Below, piece by piece: positions 36,012 to 45,984 of a DNA stretch of 64,000 bases (the first letter of the stretch is position 1; each line of letters opens with the position of its first letter). The notes beneath the pieces are model-generated. The model searched no databases. It worked only from the letters and a program-made list of their open reading frames with translations, and had not been told where the DNA came from. The stretch is from Candidatus Saccharimonadales bacterium (GTDB lineage: Bacteria > Patescibacteriota > Saccharimonadia > Saccharimonadales > UBA4665), in NCBI GenBank assembly GCA_044449925.1, contig JBIOIO010000004.1, forward strand, positions 2,560 through 66,559, given 5' to 3'. A program made the translations under genes and the position numbers.

Positions 36012-36785
36012 TTAATTAGACTCCTCTTTAACTTCTTCACTCTTTGGCGTTACTTTTTCAAGCGTTTCACTAGTCGTTACCGCTTTTTTCTTCGATGATG
36101 ACTTACCTGCTTCAATAGCAGCCTGAACGTAATCTAGTATCAGCTGAATTGTTTTGATAGCATCATCGTTTGCTGGAATTGGGTAAGTAATCGGAGTAGG
36201 ATCAACATTCGTATCGACAATTCCGATTATAGGAACACCTAGCTTTTTAGCTTCTCTGACTGCATTTACGTCGTGAAGAATGTCTACAACAAAAACCGCT
36301 CCGGGTTTTTTATTCAGCTCTTTAACTCCGCCGTAAAGAACATTCATCTGATCGATTTCTTCTTGAAAACGCTGTACCTCAAGTTTGTTATATTTATTTG
36401 CTAGTTCACCGCTAGCCATTCTATTTTCAAGATCTTGTAGGTGTTTTACCCTTCCACCAATAGTAGTCCAGTTAGTAAGCATACCTCCAAGCCATCGTTC
36501 AGTAACATAAGGCATGTTTGTAGCTTCAGCGGTTGCCTTTACAATGTCTTGAGCTTGGCGTTTTGTACCAACTAATAGAATCTGTTTGCCTTCGCCGGCG
36601 GTCTTTTCTATAAAGTCTAGCGCCCTATCCAGACATTGGACGGTTTTAGTTAAGTCAATAATATGATTACCGTTACGCTTACTATGGATGTATTGCGCCA
36701 TTTTGGGGTGCCATCTTTCGGTCTTATGACCAAAATGAGCTCCCGCTTCTAATAACTTCTTAATATCTACAGTTGATGTAGGCAT
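36012..36785 (-). CDS. rpsB: 30S ribosomal protein S2
   Basis: 257 aa. LLEAGAHFGHKTERWHPKM signature. The conserved rpsB-tsf-frr order is present. Confidence 0.96.
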   Translation of the reverse strand: MPTSTVDIKKLLEAGAHFGHKTERWHPKMAQYIHSKRNGNHIIDLTKTVQCLDRALDFIEKTAGEGKQILLVGTKRQAQDIVKATAEATNMPYVTERWLGGMLTNWTTIGGRVKHLQDLENRMASGELANKYNKLEVQRFQEEIDQMNVLYGGVKELNKKPGAVFVVDILHDVNAVREAKKLGVPIIGIVDTNVDPTPITYPIPANDDAIKTIQLILDYVQAAIEAGKSSSKKKAVTTSETLEKVTPKSEEVKEESN

Positions 36786-36923
36786 ATAGTCCTATCCTTC
36801 CTCTTCGATTGGGTGCCGCAGTAGTCCGCTCAAGGTGCTACTTTGGAGGATTAAATCCCAACCTGATTAATAATTACTATGTTCTATATTAACAGATTAG
36901 AATGACTTACGCAAATGATAAAG

Positions 36924-37895
36924 TTATGCAACCAGGGCTTGTTTTAGATCTTCAGCCTGACGAGCCATTTCATGAAGTTCAGATGGCAATTGACCGACTG
37001 GAGGAGGAGCATTGTCATCTTTAATCTTGTTAAGTAGGTCATTGCCATAAGTTGCAAGACCGATTAAACGGTCAGCGGTTAACCCAGCTAGGGCAACGCC
37101 TAAAGCACGTGATGGTCTATAAGCACCGCTAGTTACATGAACTATTGGTGAATCTCCATCACCTTTGGCCTTGGTAATTGCGTCAATAATACCTATAACA
37201 TGTGCTGTTTTTGGTTGTCTATCATATTTACCACCTTCTAAATCTCTGCGATTAATCTGCATGAGTATGACTGGAGTAGAGCCTATTTGACCAACAATTT
37301 TAAATTGACCGGTCGATTCGTTAGAAACAGCAAAGTCATTATTTATATCATAAGATGCCTGTACTACTTGTGGACGCTGCCATTCTTCGAATCCTGGCAA
37401 TGCACGGACAACGTCGAGAGCCACATCGTATTCTGTTTTTCCCGCTTTGCCAAACAAACTTTCCGCACTCGCAATTTCAGCTGGATTTTCTAGTTCGCGA
37501 TGTGGGCTAGCACTAATAATAATAGTCTTGGGTTTAGCCTCTGGATCATCAACCACCATATGTGCTTCAGCTAACATTTTGTGAGGCTGACCGCCCTCTA
37601 GAATTACTATGGAATCAATTAGTCCTTGCTCGCTGAGAGTTACATTTTCTGCTCTACCAAAACCTAGTTCACTGGCTTTTTCTACAAGTGTGGCTTTGCG
37701 TTCATCTGTTAATTCAGGTATATCGGGACTTTCCGCTCGCACTTCGCTTGGTTTTGGAAAGGCATCAATTGGATTTAGATCAGGTGATTCTGGAAAAGCG
37801 ATAGCAACAGCATCTACTAATACACCCTCAGACTGTGCTAAAACTTGTTCAGCAAATTGTCGAGGGTTTGGAGCTGATTCATGTATCGAAGGCAT
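36924..37895 (-). CDS. hypothetical protein (323 aa, acidic, no recognised domain)
   Basis: Long ORF with consistent composition. The antisense ORFs 37287..37493 and 37609..37977 are Ser/Leu/Cys-rich shadows. Confidence 0.6.
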   Translation of the reverse strand: MPSIHESAPNPRQFAEQVLAQSEGVLVDAVAIAFPESPDLNPIDAFPKPSEVRAESPDIPELTDERKATLVEKASELGFGRAENVTLSEQGLIDSIVILEGGQPHKMLAEAHMVVDDPEAKPKTIIISASPHRELENPAEIASAESLFGKAGKTEYDVALDVVRALPGFEEWQRPQVVQASYDINNDFAVSNESTGQFKIVGQIGSTPVILMQINRRDLEGGKYDRQPKTAHVIGIIDAITKAKGDGDSPIVHVTSGAYRPSRALGVALAGLTADRLIGLATYGNDLLNKIKDDNAPPPVGQLPSELHEMARQAEDLKQALVA

Positions 37896-37984
37896 GATGA
37901 AACATTACCATAAAATCAATGGTTTGTCTATATCATTTGTGAGAGTTGACCGAATACTAACAGATATGATAGTATAGTACGATT

Positions 37985-38344
37985 ATGAAAAAGGACTTGC
38001 ACCCGGACAATTACCGACTCGTCGTATTTGAAGATCTTAATAATGGATCTCGTTTTTTGACGCGCTCTACTTCAGGTAGCGACGAAGTCATTAAGTGGGA
38101 AGACGGAAACGAGTACCCTCTTATTAAAGTCCACATAACTAGCACGTCACATCCCTTCTTCACTGGCGAAGAAAGAATCTTAGACATTGAAGGACGCGTA
38201 GATAAATTCAAAGCTCGGCAAGCTGCTGGACAAGCCTCAAAGGAAAAACGAGCATCAGCAGCACAAAAACAAGCTAAACGCCAAACAGCAAAAATTGAAA
38301 AAGCCGAAGCTAAAGCTGAAAATATCAAGGCTGCAGGTTCTTAA
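37985..38344 (+). CDS. rpmE: 50S ribosomal protein L31, type B (no CxxC), with Lys/Ala-rich C-terminal extension
   Basis: [17 protein letters not shown]...[24 protein letters not shown]. Lacks the zinc-binding cysteines of type A. Confidence 0.88.
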   Translation: MKKDLHPDNYRLVVFEDLNNGSRFLTRSTSGSDEVIKWEDGNEYPLIKVHITSTSHPFFTGEERILDIEGRVDKFKARQAAGQASKEKRASAAQKQAKRQTAKIEKAEAKAENIKAAGS

Positions 38345-38418
38345 CACTGCTTAGTTAAGTGTTACTCTAGTTAGTAGAACTAGATATTGTTTCAATTTAA
38401 ATATGCAGGCACTTATAT

Positions 38419-39474
38419 ATGGACAATAAAGAAAATATACTGCGCAAAGAGCTCGACGACCTGAATACTAAATTACAGGATCCTTCTATATATAGCGGTA
38501 AAAGCTACCCTAAGATAGCCAAGCGAAAAAGCGAACTTGATGAAATTATATCTCTATTCGACAATAAGGCTAGAATTGAAGACTCACTAAAATCTGCTAG
38601 GGATCTGCTTAGTAGTTCGGATAGTGAGATGGTTGAAATGGCAGAGACCGAGCTGGAAGAACTTGAGGTTGAGAGGGCTAGTAATGAGGAGAAACTTATT
38701 GCAGCTCTTACGCCCGCAGATCCAAATAATGACCGAGACGTTATATTGGAGATTCGAGCAGCTGCAGGCGGAGATGAATCAAGTTTATTCGCCGGTGAAC
38801 TCTACAGAATGTATATACGATGGGCCGAGAACCATAACTTTACTACTGAATTAATCAGCGAATCACCTAATGAAGTTGGAGGATTCAAGGAAATTACTTT
38901 TAGTATTCATGGAGTTGACGCTTATAAATACTTAAAATTTGAAGCAGGTGTTCATAGAGTACAGCGGGTTCCCATAACTGAAAGTCAGGGTCGAGTACAT
39001 ACATCGACTGCAACAGTTGCTGTATTACCAGAAGCCGACGAAGAGGATATAGAGATAAACCCTGCAGACCTTCGTATTGATGTCTATAGAAGTGGTGGAC
39101 ACGGTGGTCAGAGCGTTAACACCACCGATTCGGCTGTAAGGATTACCCATATACCAAGTGGATTGGTAGTGTCCAATCAGGACGAAAAATCTCAGATAAA
39201 AAATAAAGCCAAGGCTATGAGTGTTCTAAGGGCACGTTTATTACAGCTTAAGATAGACGAAGAACAGCAAGAACTCTCGGATGCTCGTCGCAAATTGATA
39301 GGATCAGGTGACAGGTCTGAAAAAATTAGAACTTATAACTTTCCGCAGGATCGTATAACTGATCATCGTATTGGTTACAGCCGGAGCAATATTCCTGCAG
39401 CTCTGGATGGAGATATTGACGACCTTATTGATGCCCTGCTATCGGCTGAACACGAATTACTCTCACAGGAATAA
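38419..39474 (+). CDS. prfA: peptide chain release factor 1
   Basis: 351 aa. PxT motif ([10 protein letters not shown]) and GGQ ([10 protein letters not shown]). Confidence 0.96.
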   Translation: MDNKENILRKELDDLNTKLQDPSIYSGKSYPKIAKRKSELDEIISLFDNKARIEDSLKSARDLLSSSDSEMVEMAETELEELEVERASNEEKLIAALTPADPNNDRDVILEIRAAAGGDESSLFAGELYRMYIRWAENHNFTTELISESPNEVGGFKEITFSIHGVDAYKYLKFEAGVHRVQRVPITESQGRVHTSTATVAVLPEADEEDIEINPADLRIDVYRSGGHGGQSVNTTDSAVRITHIPSGLVVSNQDEKSQIKNKAKAMSVLRARLLQLKIDEEQQELSDARRKLIGSGDRSEKIRTYNFPQDRITDHRIGYSRSNIPAALDGDIDDLIDALLSAEHELLSQE

Positions 39475-39496
39475 TAATAGTTATTACCTACGTATT

Positions 39497-40330
39497 ATGA
39501 CTATAAAAAACTGGCTAAGTGACGCAACTGACCTCTTAAATAGTTCCGGTATTCAAACATCCAGACTAGACTCACTTATATTACTCGAATATATTTTAAA
39601 AAAAGAACGTACCTGGATTTTAGCTCATCCTGAATATGAAATATCTGCGCCTGAGACTACCAAACTAAATAATGTGCTCGCTAAGCGTGCCAAAAATGTG
39701 CCAATTGCTTATATACGCGGAAAATCGGAGTTTTATGGTCGGGAGTTCAAAGTAAACCATTTTGTTATGCAACCAAGGCCAGAATCCGAGGCATTTATAG
39801 ACCTTTTAAAGGCTTTAATGGGCGAAGAAGATATAAGTAGTCGCTTACCAAAAAGACCCTTTTTGGTAGACGTAGGGGCCGGTTCTGGAGCAATAGGTAC
39901 AACAATAGCCCTAGAACTGCAAAATATTGACGTTATATTGCTTGAACTAGATGTTAATGCAGCCAAGGTCGCTAAAATCAATGTAGATTTATTTACATTG
40001 AAAATACCTGTCATTATTAGCGATCTTCTAGCAAATGCTCCTAATAAAATAGATATAGTCACTGCCAATCTTCCATATGTACCAGATGATCACATCATAA
40101 ATGAAGCAGCCAAAAAGGAGCCAAAGAAGGCAATTTTTGGTGGTCCTGATGGGCTTAATATATATCGTAGAATGTTTAACGACATTGAAAATATGTCTCA
40201 TAAGCCGTTGTTAATATTAATTGAGGCATTTCCCTCTCAACACCCTAAAATGACCGAAATAGCGTCAAAATCCGGCTATTTTCCACATATTAGTAACGGT
40301 TTTGTACAGGCTTACACACTCCTAAATTAG
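39497..40330 (+). CDS. prmC: release factor glutamine N5-methyltransferase PrmC (HemK)
   Basis: The ATG at 39497 (MTIKNWLSDATDLL...) avoids overlap with prfA. Motif I VDVGAGSGAIG and NLPY (NPPY-like) motif IV. Adjacent to prfA, as is usual. Confidence 0.88.
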   Translation: MTIKNWLSDATDLLNSSGIQTSRLDSLILLEYILKKERTWILAHPEYEISAPETTKLNNVLAKRAKNVPIAYIRGKSEFYGREFKVNHFVMQPRPESEAFIDLLKALMGEEDISSRLPKRPFLVDVGAGSGAIGTTIALELQNIDVILLELDVNAAKVAKINVDLFTLKIPVIISDLLANAPNKIDIVTANLPYVPDDHIINEAAKKEPKKAIFGGPDGLNIYRRMFNDIENMSHKPLLILIEAFPSQHPKMTEIASKSGYFPHISNGFVQAYTLLN

Positions 40331-40442
40331 TAAATTGTAGGCTAGAGACTGAGTACATAATTGTCAGTATAATTTTGAAATTTAGCAATTAGGTTAAACC
40401 CGCTCCGCTAAAGCCAAAAATTTGTATTTATATGACTAATAT

Positions 40443-40484
40443 TGCATGGATTGCTCAGGATGATAGCAAGCCTGCATATTTTTT
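40443..40484 (+). terminator. intrinsic terminator-like hairpin plus U-tract, plus strand
   Basis: TGCATGGATTGCT-CAGGATGAT-AGCAAGCCTGCA (11 bp with one bulge and one mismatch) followed by TATTTTTT. It lies about 110 nt after the prmC stop. Confidence 0.5.
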
Positions 40485-40502
40485 CACGACTGTATACAGA
40501 TT

Positions 40503-41828
40503 TTATTGAGTCGGCTGAGTACCGAGTACTACATCGATATGTTTTGTACCACTTCCCCGTACTATGGTAAGGGTAACTGAGTCTCCGGGTAAATATTTAT
40601 CAAGCAAGCTGGTTAACGAATGATTCTGGTCAATATTCGCTCCGTCAACCTGAGTTATTATATCCCTTTCCTGAAGTCCGGCATTAGCTGCTGGACTGCC
40701 CGGAACCACAGAAGGCGTATTTACTGGGTCGCTGCTTGGAGCTATGAACGCTCCGGATGTTTCGCTCAATCCATAAGTGTTAGCTACGTCTGGTGTGAGT
40801 GGTATGTAGCGTACTCCTACGTATGGCTGTGAGAATTTACCCGTCTTTAGTACCTGGTTAACAAGTCCAACTATATCGTTTATAGGTATGGCAAAACCAA
40901 TATTTTGTGCAGTGCTTGCAGTGGCTGTATTCATTCCAATAACTTGGCCATTTAAGTTGACTAATGGTCCACCTGAATTGCCTTCATTAATTGCAGCGTC
41001 AGTTTGAAATAGATCTAAAAGATTTTCTGTGGTTGACGATGCGCCCGAACTATCCCCTGCTTGGACAGCTCGTCCATATCCGGAAATAATGCCACTAGTA
41101 ACGGTATTTCGATATTGACCCAGAGCGTTACCTATAGCAACTACTGAATCTCCGACTTGTACCTGTGAAGAGTTTCCAAGTACTGCTGGAGTTACCTTAT
41201 ACCCTTTAAGATCATTAATCTTCAAAAATGCTACATCCAGACTGTCACTTGCACTAGTCCTGCCTAGAACAGACACATCTTTAAACTCAGTACCATCGCT
41301 AAGCGTAACACTGACAGCAGTAGTACCGTCAGGCACCACATGCCTGTTTGTCATAATAATACCGCTAGTTGATAGGATTATACCTGTACCCGCTGCCTGC
41401 TCCTGTGTAGGCTGGCTAAATCCAAAGAAGCCAGTGTTTCCTGATGAGCTCGTTATATTCACGTTAACACTAACAACGCTTGGCCCCACCGACTTTGCTA
41501 TCTGGCTTATAAGCTGACCTTGAGAAGTCACTATTTTCTTTTGATTGCTTAAGCTTACAGTGGAAACTGATGAATTATCATTCATATGCTGATTAAACCA
41601 TGCACCTATAAAGCCGCTTAGTAGAATAATAAAAATAATCACCGCACCCATTAACAGTTTATTCCTGTGCTTGCTCTCTTTAATAGCGCTCACGCTAGAC
41701 ATATCAGGAAGACTAGGGACAGTAAAGCTAATGGTACGCTTACTTGGATTCCGTGAGCTGGCTACACGATAAACTTCCTTCTTGGACTTGTCGGAAGTTT
41801 CAGATTTAGATAAGTTCTCTTCGCTCAC
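40503..41828 (-). CDS. htrA: HtrA/DegP-family serine protease (S1C) with one PDZ domain
   Basis: 441 aa. N-terminal TM, catalytic GNSGGPLVN, His (TNRHVV), C-terminal PDZ (GSPAANAGLQERDII). Confidence 0.9.
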   Translation of the reverse strand: MSEENLSKSETSDKSKKEVYRVASSRNPSKRTISFTVPSLPDMSSVSAIKESKHRNKLLMGAVIIFIILLSGFIGAWFNQHMNDNSSVSTVSLSNQKKIVTSQGQLISQIAKSVGPSVVSVNVNITSSSGNTGFFGFSQPTQEQAAGTGIILSTSGIIMTNRHVVPDGTTAVSVTLSDGTEFKDVSVLGRTSASDSLDVAFLKINDLKGYKVTPAVLGNSSQVQVGDSVVAIGNALGQYRNTVTSGIISGYGRAVQAGDSSGASSTTENLLDLFQTDAAINEGNSGGPLVNLNGQVIGMNTATASTAQNIGFAIPINDIVGLVNQVLKTGKFSQPYVGVRYIPLTPDVANTYGLSETSGAFIAPSSDPVNTPSVVPGSPAANAGLQERDIITQVDGANIDQNHSLTSLLDKYLPGDSVTLTIVRGSGTKHIDVVLGTQPTQ

Positions 41829-41849
41829 AAATACACCCCCCTTTTACTT

Positions 41850-42608
41850 TTATACTGCACCGTTCTTCCACCAACTAGCAGTTATAACAATTATCGCCAC
41901 TATAGCCACCATTAAAAATGTAAACCACCTTCTCATTCCCTTGGAGAGACGATCGTGATGATCGAGATAATATAGTACTCCCATACCATATCCTAGTGTG
42001 GACAATAATAGGGTAATCTGGGCAATGGAACCTGAACCATAATAGACAAGCCAGTGACTGAGTAGCCATGCTAAAGCGGCACCAAAATATCCCCATATAT
42101 ATGCAAGCATTCGTGCATAGGGCTCATCAAATGTATCTAAGAAGTGTCTAGCTCCAAGGAAACAGATAAGACCTGTCACTAGGGTTAGTCCGTATATAGG
42201 CCCACCTGCCCATATTAAATATAGAGCCATCAGAGCAGCCAATTGTCCTATAAACGCTTGGGCCGATATCATTAGCATTCCGCTTGCGGGTTTAATGAAA
42301 AGCAGCCAGACAACATATAACAGTGCCCACATAAACTGTATAGACCAAGAGCTGCTATAGGACATAAAGACAACTATTGATAAGCCCACCATCAGATCAA
42401 CCGCGTTAGCGCGGACGTTAGATGCCCAAAATCGAGGTCTTACTGCAAACATACGCCACTTACTTAACACAACTATGCTGAGTGCCAGCTGAACAAAGTT
42501 AAGCCTAACCAATATGAACATGGCTATCGGTAGGATTAAAACTAATCCTAAATGCAGGAAGTAAGCAAAACCACTAGTAGGTTTTATTTTGCGTAATATT
42601 GGCCTCAT
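41850..42608 (-). CDS. hypothetical polytopic membrane protein
   Basis: About 7 TM helices. The start is uncertain: the track uses GTG at 42662, and the ATG at 42608 still overlaps the LCP gene end by 35 nt. Confidence 0.5.
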   Translation of the reverse strand: MRPILRKIKPTSGFAYFLHLGLVLILPIAMFILVRLNFVQLALSIVVLSKWRMFAVRPRFWASNVRANAVDLMVGLSIVVFMSYSSSWSIQFMWALLYVVWLLFIKPASGMLMISAQAFIGQLAALMALYLIWAGGPIYGLTLVTGLICFLGARHFLDTFDEPYARMLAYIWGYFGAALAWLLSHWLVYYGSGSIAQITLLLSTLGYGMGVLYYLDHHDRLSKGMRRWFTFLMVAIVAIIVITASWWKNGAV

Positions 42609-44304
42609 CGCTACCAATAATGATAACAAAATCTGCACCATTTGTTGGTATCGAATTATCACTTAAACTATTTACAGCTTGCACGCCGTACCTAAGCTCC
42701 AAATAATGTTGTGTATATTTATCTTTTCCATGAGTTAGATTAACGACCGTGGTCTGTGTCCAGCCACTATTGGGTGTATTGCCCGTAAATATAACGTTGT
42801 AGCCATAGCTCTTAAGCTGATTCGAAACATTTGTAGCTAAGCCAGGTGTCAAAGTTCCATTTAATACTTCTACCTTAGCATTCTCTTTTATTAGATATGG
42901 ATCCTTTAAAAGACCTCGGACATACTGTTGAATGTCATTGTAGTTGAATAGTCCAGCCTTTGGTAGAACGATGGATTGGCCAGCCATATTTCCTGTAGTA
43001 ACATACTGGTTCGGAGCCGCATCCAATCCGACAGACGAAACATTACCAGCACTAATCTTCTTTTCTATGCTGTAGAGTCTGCTTACGTTTGATAAAGACA
43101 GATCTGTGGCAACATTATTACCAAATGTATTTATCAAATTATCGATTTTTAATGGATTACTGAGTGTGCCAAGACTTTCAATTTTAGTCTTTAAAGCAAC
43201 GAGAACCGCACGTTGTCTATCGGCACGTGCGAAGTCGCTAGTGGTCTCTCTTGAACGAACATAGTTAAGTGCTTGAGTACCGTTAAAATTCTGGATTCCG
43301 GCTTGTGCGAGCACAGGATTTCCATTGTTTACCCAGTCAAATGTTGGATCTATGAGGGGCGTTGGTACATTTACTGTTATTCCACCTACATTATCGACTG
43401 CCTGTTGAAATGCCTGAAAATCTACAAGGACGTTGTAATCTATATTGATTCCCAAAACCTGGTCCACTGTTTGATCGGCAAGATTAAAGCCAGAAGATAT
43501 AGCTTTTGGATCAGTGCTGCCAGGAGCAACTTTACCTAGATAGTTAAATTCGCCCTTTTCCCAAGCCGAGTTTATCTTCATTACACCAGCATTTGGAACG
43601 TTTACCCAAAGATCTCTAGGGATGCTAATTAACGTTGCCTTGTAATTTACAGGGTCAATGCTTGCTACCATCATTGAATCGGTTAAATCTGGTCCATCAT
43701 GGTTTCCACCACCCCTACCCATAAGCAATATATTTACTCGGCCACTTCCCTCGCCCTTCAATAATGAAGGGCTAACGTCAGAACGTAGCGCAGCTACAGT
43801 ATTTGATCCCTTAAATACTTTGTTTAATTTCATGTATGCTTGCGAGAAGAATAATCCTCCGAAAGAGATAATTATTACAAGCAATACAGCTATACCTTTT
43901 ACGGCCACTAATCTTGTGCGCTGCCAGCGTGTTTGTTTCAATTTAATAGCGTTGTGGAACAGGCTCTCTTCACCAGGAAGCGTCATGTCCATTGGTATGT
44001 GCTGAGCGAGTTTTGTTACTGTAGGCTCTTCAATCTGGGTTTGCTCGACCTGAGTCGGTTGTTGGATTGGAGTTGCTTCGTTAATAGGATCTGGTTGAAT
44101 TCTCTGCTGTATCACCTTAGAAGGTGGCACTTGAGATCCATAAATAGACTGTCTTCTAAAAGATGGCTGGGATCGTGCGCTATATCCAAGGTCAATAGGA
44201 CGCCCTTCAACTACCTTCGGCACAGATAGGGTATTTCCAAAGGGTTTTTGTGTTGTTTGGCGCTGTATTTTTGTGACAGGCCGTTTTAATTTTGACCGAT
44301 CCAT
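42574..44304 (-). CDS. LytR-CpsA-Psr (LCP) family glycopolymer ligase with C-terminal LytR_C-like domain
   Basis: 576 aa. TM anchor, LCP core LLMGRGGG...DLTDSMMVASIDP...LISIPRDLWV. C-terminal VEVLNGTLTPGLA is typical of the LytR C-terminal domain. Confidence 0.88.
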   Translation of the reverse strand: MDRSKLKRPVTKIQRQTTQKPFGNTLSVPKVVEGRPIDLGYSARSQPSFRRQSIYGSQVPPSKVIQQRIQPDPINEATPIQQPTQVEQTQIEEPTVTKLAQHIPMDMTLPGEESLFHNAIKLKQTRWQRTRLVAVKGIAVLLVIIISFGGLFFSQAYMKLNKVFKGSNTVAALRSDVSPSLLKGEGSGRVNILLMGRGGGNHDGPDLTDSMMVASIDPVNYKATLISIPRDLWVNVPNAGVMKINSAWEKGEFNYLGKVAPGSTDPKAISSGFNLADQTVDQVLGINIDYNVLVDFQAFQQAVDNVGGITVNVPTPLIDPTFDWVNNGNPVLAQAGIQNFNGTQALNYVRSRETTSDFARADRQRAVLVALKTKIESLGTLSNPLKIDNLINTFGNNVATDLSLSNVSRLYSIEKKISAGNVSSVGLDAAPNQYVTTGNMAGQSIVLPKAGLFNYNDIQQYVRGLLKDPYLIKENAKVEVLNGTLTPGLATNVSNQLKSYGYNVIFTGNTPNSGWTQTTVVNLTHGKDKYTQHYLELRYGVQAVNSLSDNSIPTNGADFVIIIGSDEANITQNKTY

Positions 44305-44383
44305 CTCGTCTGTAATTATAGATTATAACTTGGTCATGCTTATATGTAAAGAGCTATCTGACTATGATATAGTTAGTGTCTAT

Positions 44384-45040
44384 ATGGTAAAAGATAACTC
44401 CTCTGATAAAGAACCAGAACCAGTTACATCAGAAGATCTTGCCACTCCTTCATCTCGTATGTTTGAGTCGCTGTCTTATTTTGGAATAATATTTATGGCG
44501 ATTTTGGTAGCCTTTTTTATTATTTCTTTTGTATTTCGATCTTACCAAGTAGACGGTACAAGCATGCTTAATACCCTGCAAAACGGGGATAAGTTAATCA
44601 TTTGGAAGGTTCCGCGAAGCTGGGCAAGGCTTACCGGTAATCCGTACATACCTAAACGTGGAGATATAGTGGTTTTTACCGAAAGCAATCTGGAACAATT
44701 TGACCCCCAGCAAAATACAAAACAGTTAATTAAAAGGGTTATAGCTCTGCCCGGGGAACGGGTAGTAGCAAAAGACGGTCATTACACCGTCTATAATTCA
44801 GCACATCCAAATGGATTTAACCCCGACACAACACTTAAATATTACGCAGGCCAGAACATACCAACAACCACATGTAGCAATGTCTGCGATGTTACTTTAG
44901 GACCTCACCAAATATACGTATCAGGTGATAATAGACCGGACTCTCTCGATTCTAGGTTTTTTGGACCTATAGACTCTAATCAAATAATCGGCAAATTATT
45001 CTTGCGCGTCTTCCCTGTTAATCACTCCGAAGTATTCTAG
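44384..45040 (+). CDS. lepB: signal peptidase I
   Basis: Catalytic Ser box VDGTSMLNTL, Lys box KRVIALPGE, and GDNRPDSLDSRFFG. The ATG at 44384 is preferred over the track GTG at 44273; an ATG at 44336 is also possible. Confidence 0.88.
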   Translation: MVKDNSSDKEPEPVTSEDLATPSSRMFESLSYFGIIFMAILVAFFIISFVFRSYQVDGTSMLNTLQNGDKLIIWKVPRSWARLTGNPYIPKRGDIVVFTESNLEQFDPQQNTKQLIKRVIALPGERVVAKDGHYTVYNSAHPNGFNPDTTLKYYAGQNIPTTTCSNVCDVTLGPHQIYVSGDNRPDSLDSRFFGPIDSNQIIGKLFLRVFPVNHSEVF

Positions 45041-45089
45041 GAAGTTGCACCAATTATAAATATGCCTCATATGCTATAGTGAAAGTGTT

Positions 45090-45971
45090 ATGAGTCAAAC
45101 ACCAAAAAGAGGTTTGGGAAGGGGCTTTGGAGCTCTTATTTCCGACGATTTCGATAAAAGTATTCTGCTTGAATCGGATGAGCGCGTAGAGAAAATAGCT
45201 CTTGAATCACTTGTTGCTAACCCCTATCAACCTCGAACTATATTTGAACCAACCACTATAAAAGAGCTGTCTGAGTCCATCAAAAAACATGGAATAATTC
45301 AGCCTCTTGTCGTATCACCCTCAAAAGATGGTTCATACTTCATAATTGCGGGGGAACGACGATGGAGAGCTGCTAAAGAAGCAGGATTAAAAACCGTACC
45401 GGCAATAATACGGTCAGTTGAGAAACAAGAACAACTCGAAATAGCATTAATCGAAAATGTACAGCGTGTAGATTTATCTCCGTTGGAACAAGCGGCAAGC
45501 ATCGAAATGCTGCACCAGCAATTTTCACTATCATATGAAGATATTTCAAAGCGACTCGGTAAGGCGAGTTCGACTGTGCACAATATAATCAGATTACTTG
45601 GACTTCCAACAAACGCCCGTGAGGCATTGTCTAGTCAAAAAATAAGCGAAGGACACGCTCGTGCTATCCTTGCACTAAAAGGTGACGAACAGAGGCAAAA
45701 CTATCTGTTAAATGCAATTATTGAACAGCATTGGAGTGTTCGCCAAGCCGAGAGATTTGTAACAAGCGTAAAAGCTGGCGTGAAAAAAAATCAAGAGGCT
45801 CATGCACGCACGTCTCTGGAAACTGATGAAACAAGACGCTTGAGTGAAAAACTGCATACTCCTGTACATATAAGACGTACTGCTAGGGGCGGGAAACTTG
45901 AGATTACATTCTCGTCAGATAAAGAATTAGAGGAACTTATTAAACTACTCCAGGAAATTCACAAAAACTAA
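45090..45971 (+). CDS. parB: chromosome partitioning protein ParB/Spo0J
   Basis: 293 aa. GLGRGFGALI, IQPLVV, and the IIAGERRWRAAKEAGL arginine patch/CTPase box, with an HTH region. Confidence 0.92.
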   Translation: MSQTPKRGLGRGFGALISDDFDKSILLESDERVEKIALESLVANPYQPRTIFEPTTIKELSESIKKHGIIQPLVVSPSKDGSYFIIAGERRWRAAKEAGLKTVPAIIRSVEKQEQLEIALIENVQRVDLSPLEQAASIEMLHQQFSLSYEDISKRLGKASSTVHNIIRLLGLPTNAREALSSQKISEGHARAILALKGDEQRQNYLLNAIIEQHWSVRQAERFVTSVKAGVKKNQEAHARTSLETDETRRLSEKLHTPVHIRRTARGGKLEITFSSDKELEELIKLLQEIHKN

Positions 45972-45984
45972 AGTTTAGTAGATA

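Noticed and set aside
45967-45979. 13-bp perfect palindrome ACTAAAGTTTAGT exactly between the parB and parA stops, as a possible bidirectional terminator.
   Set aside because: A 6-bp A/T-rich stem with a 1-nt loop cannot form a stable hairpin, and there is no U-tract. It probably results from two facing stop regions.
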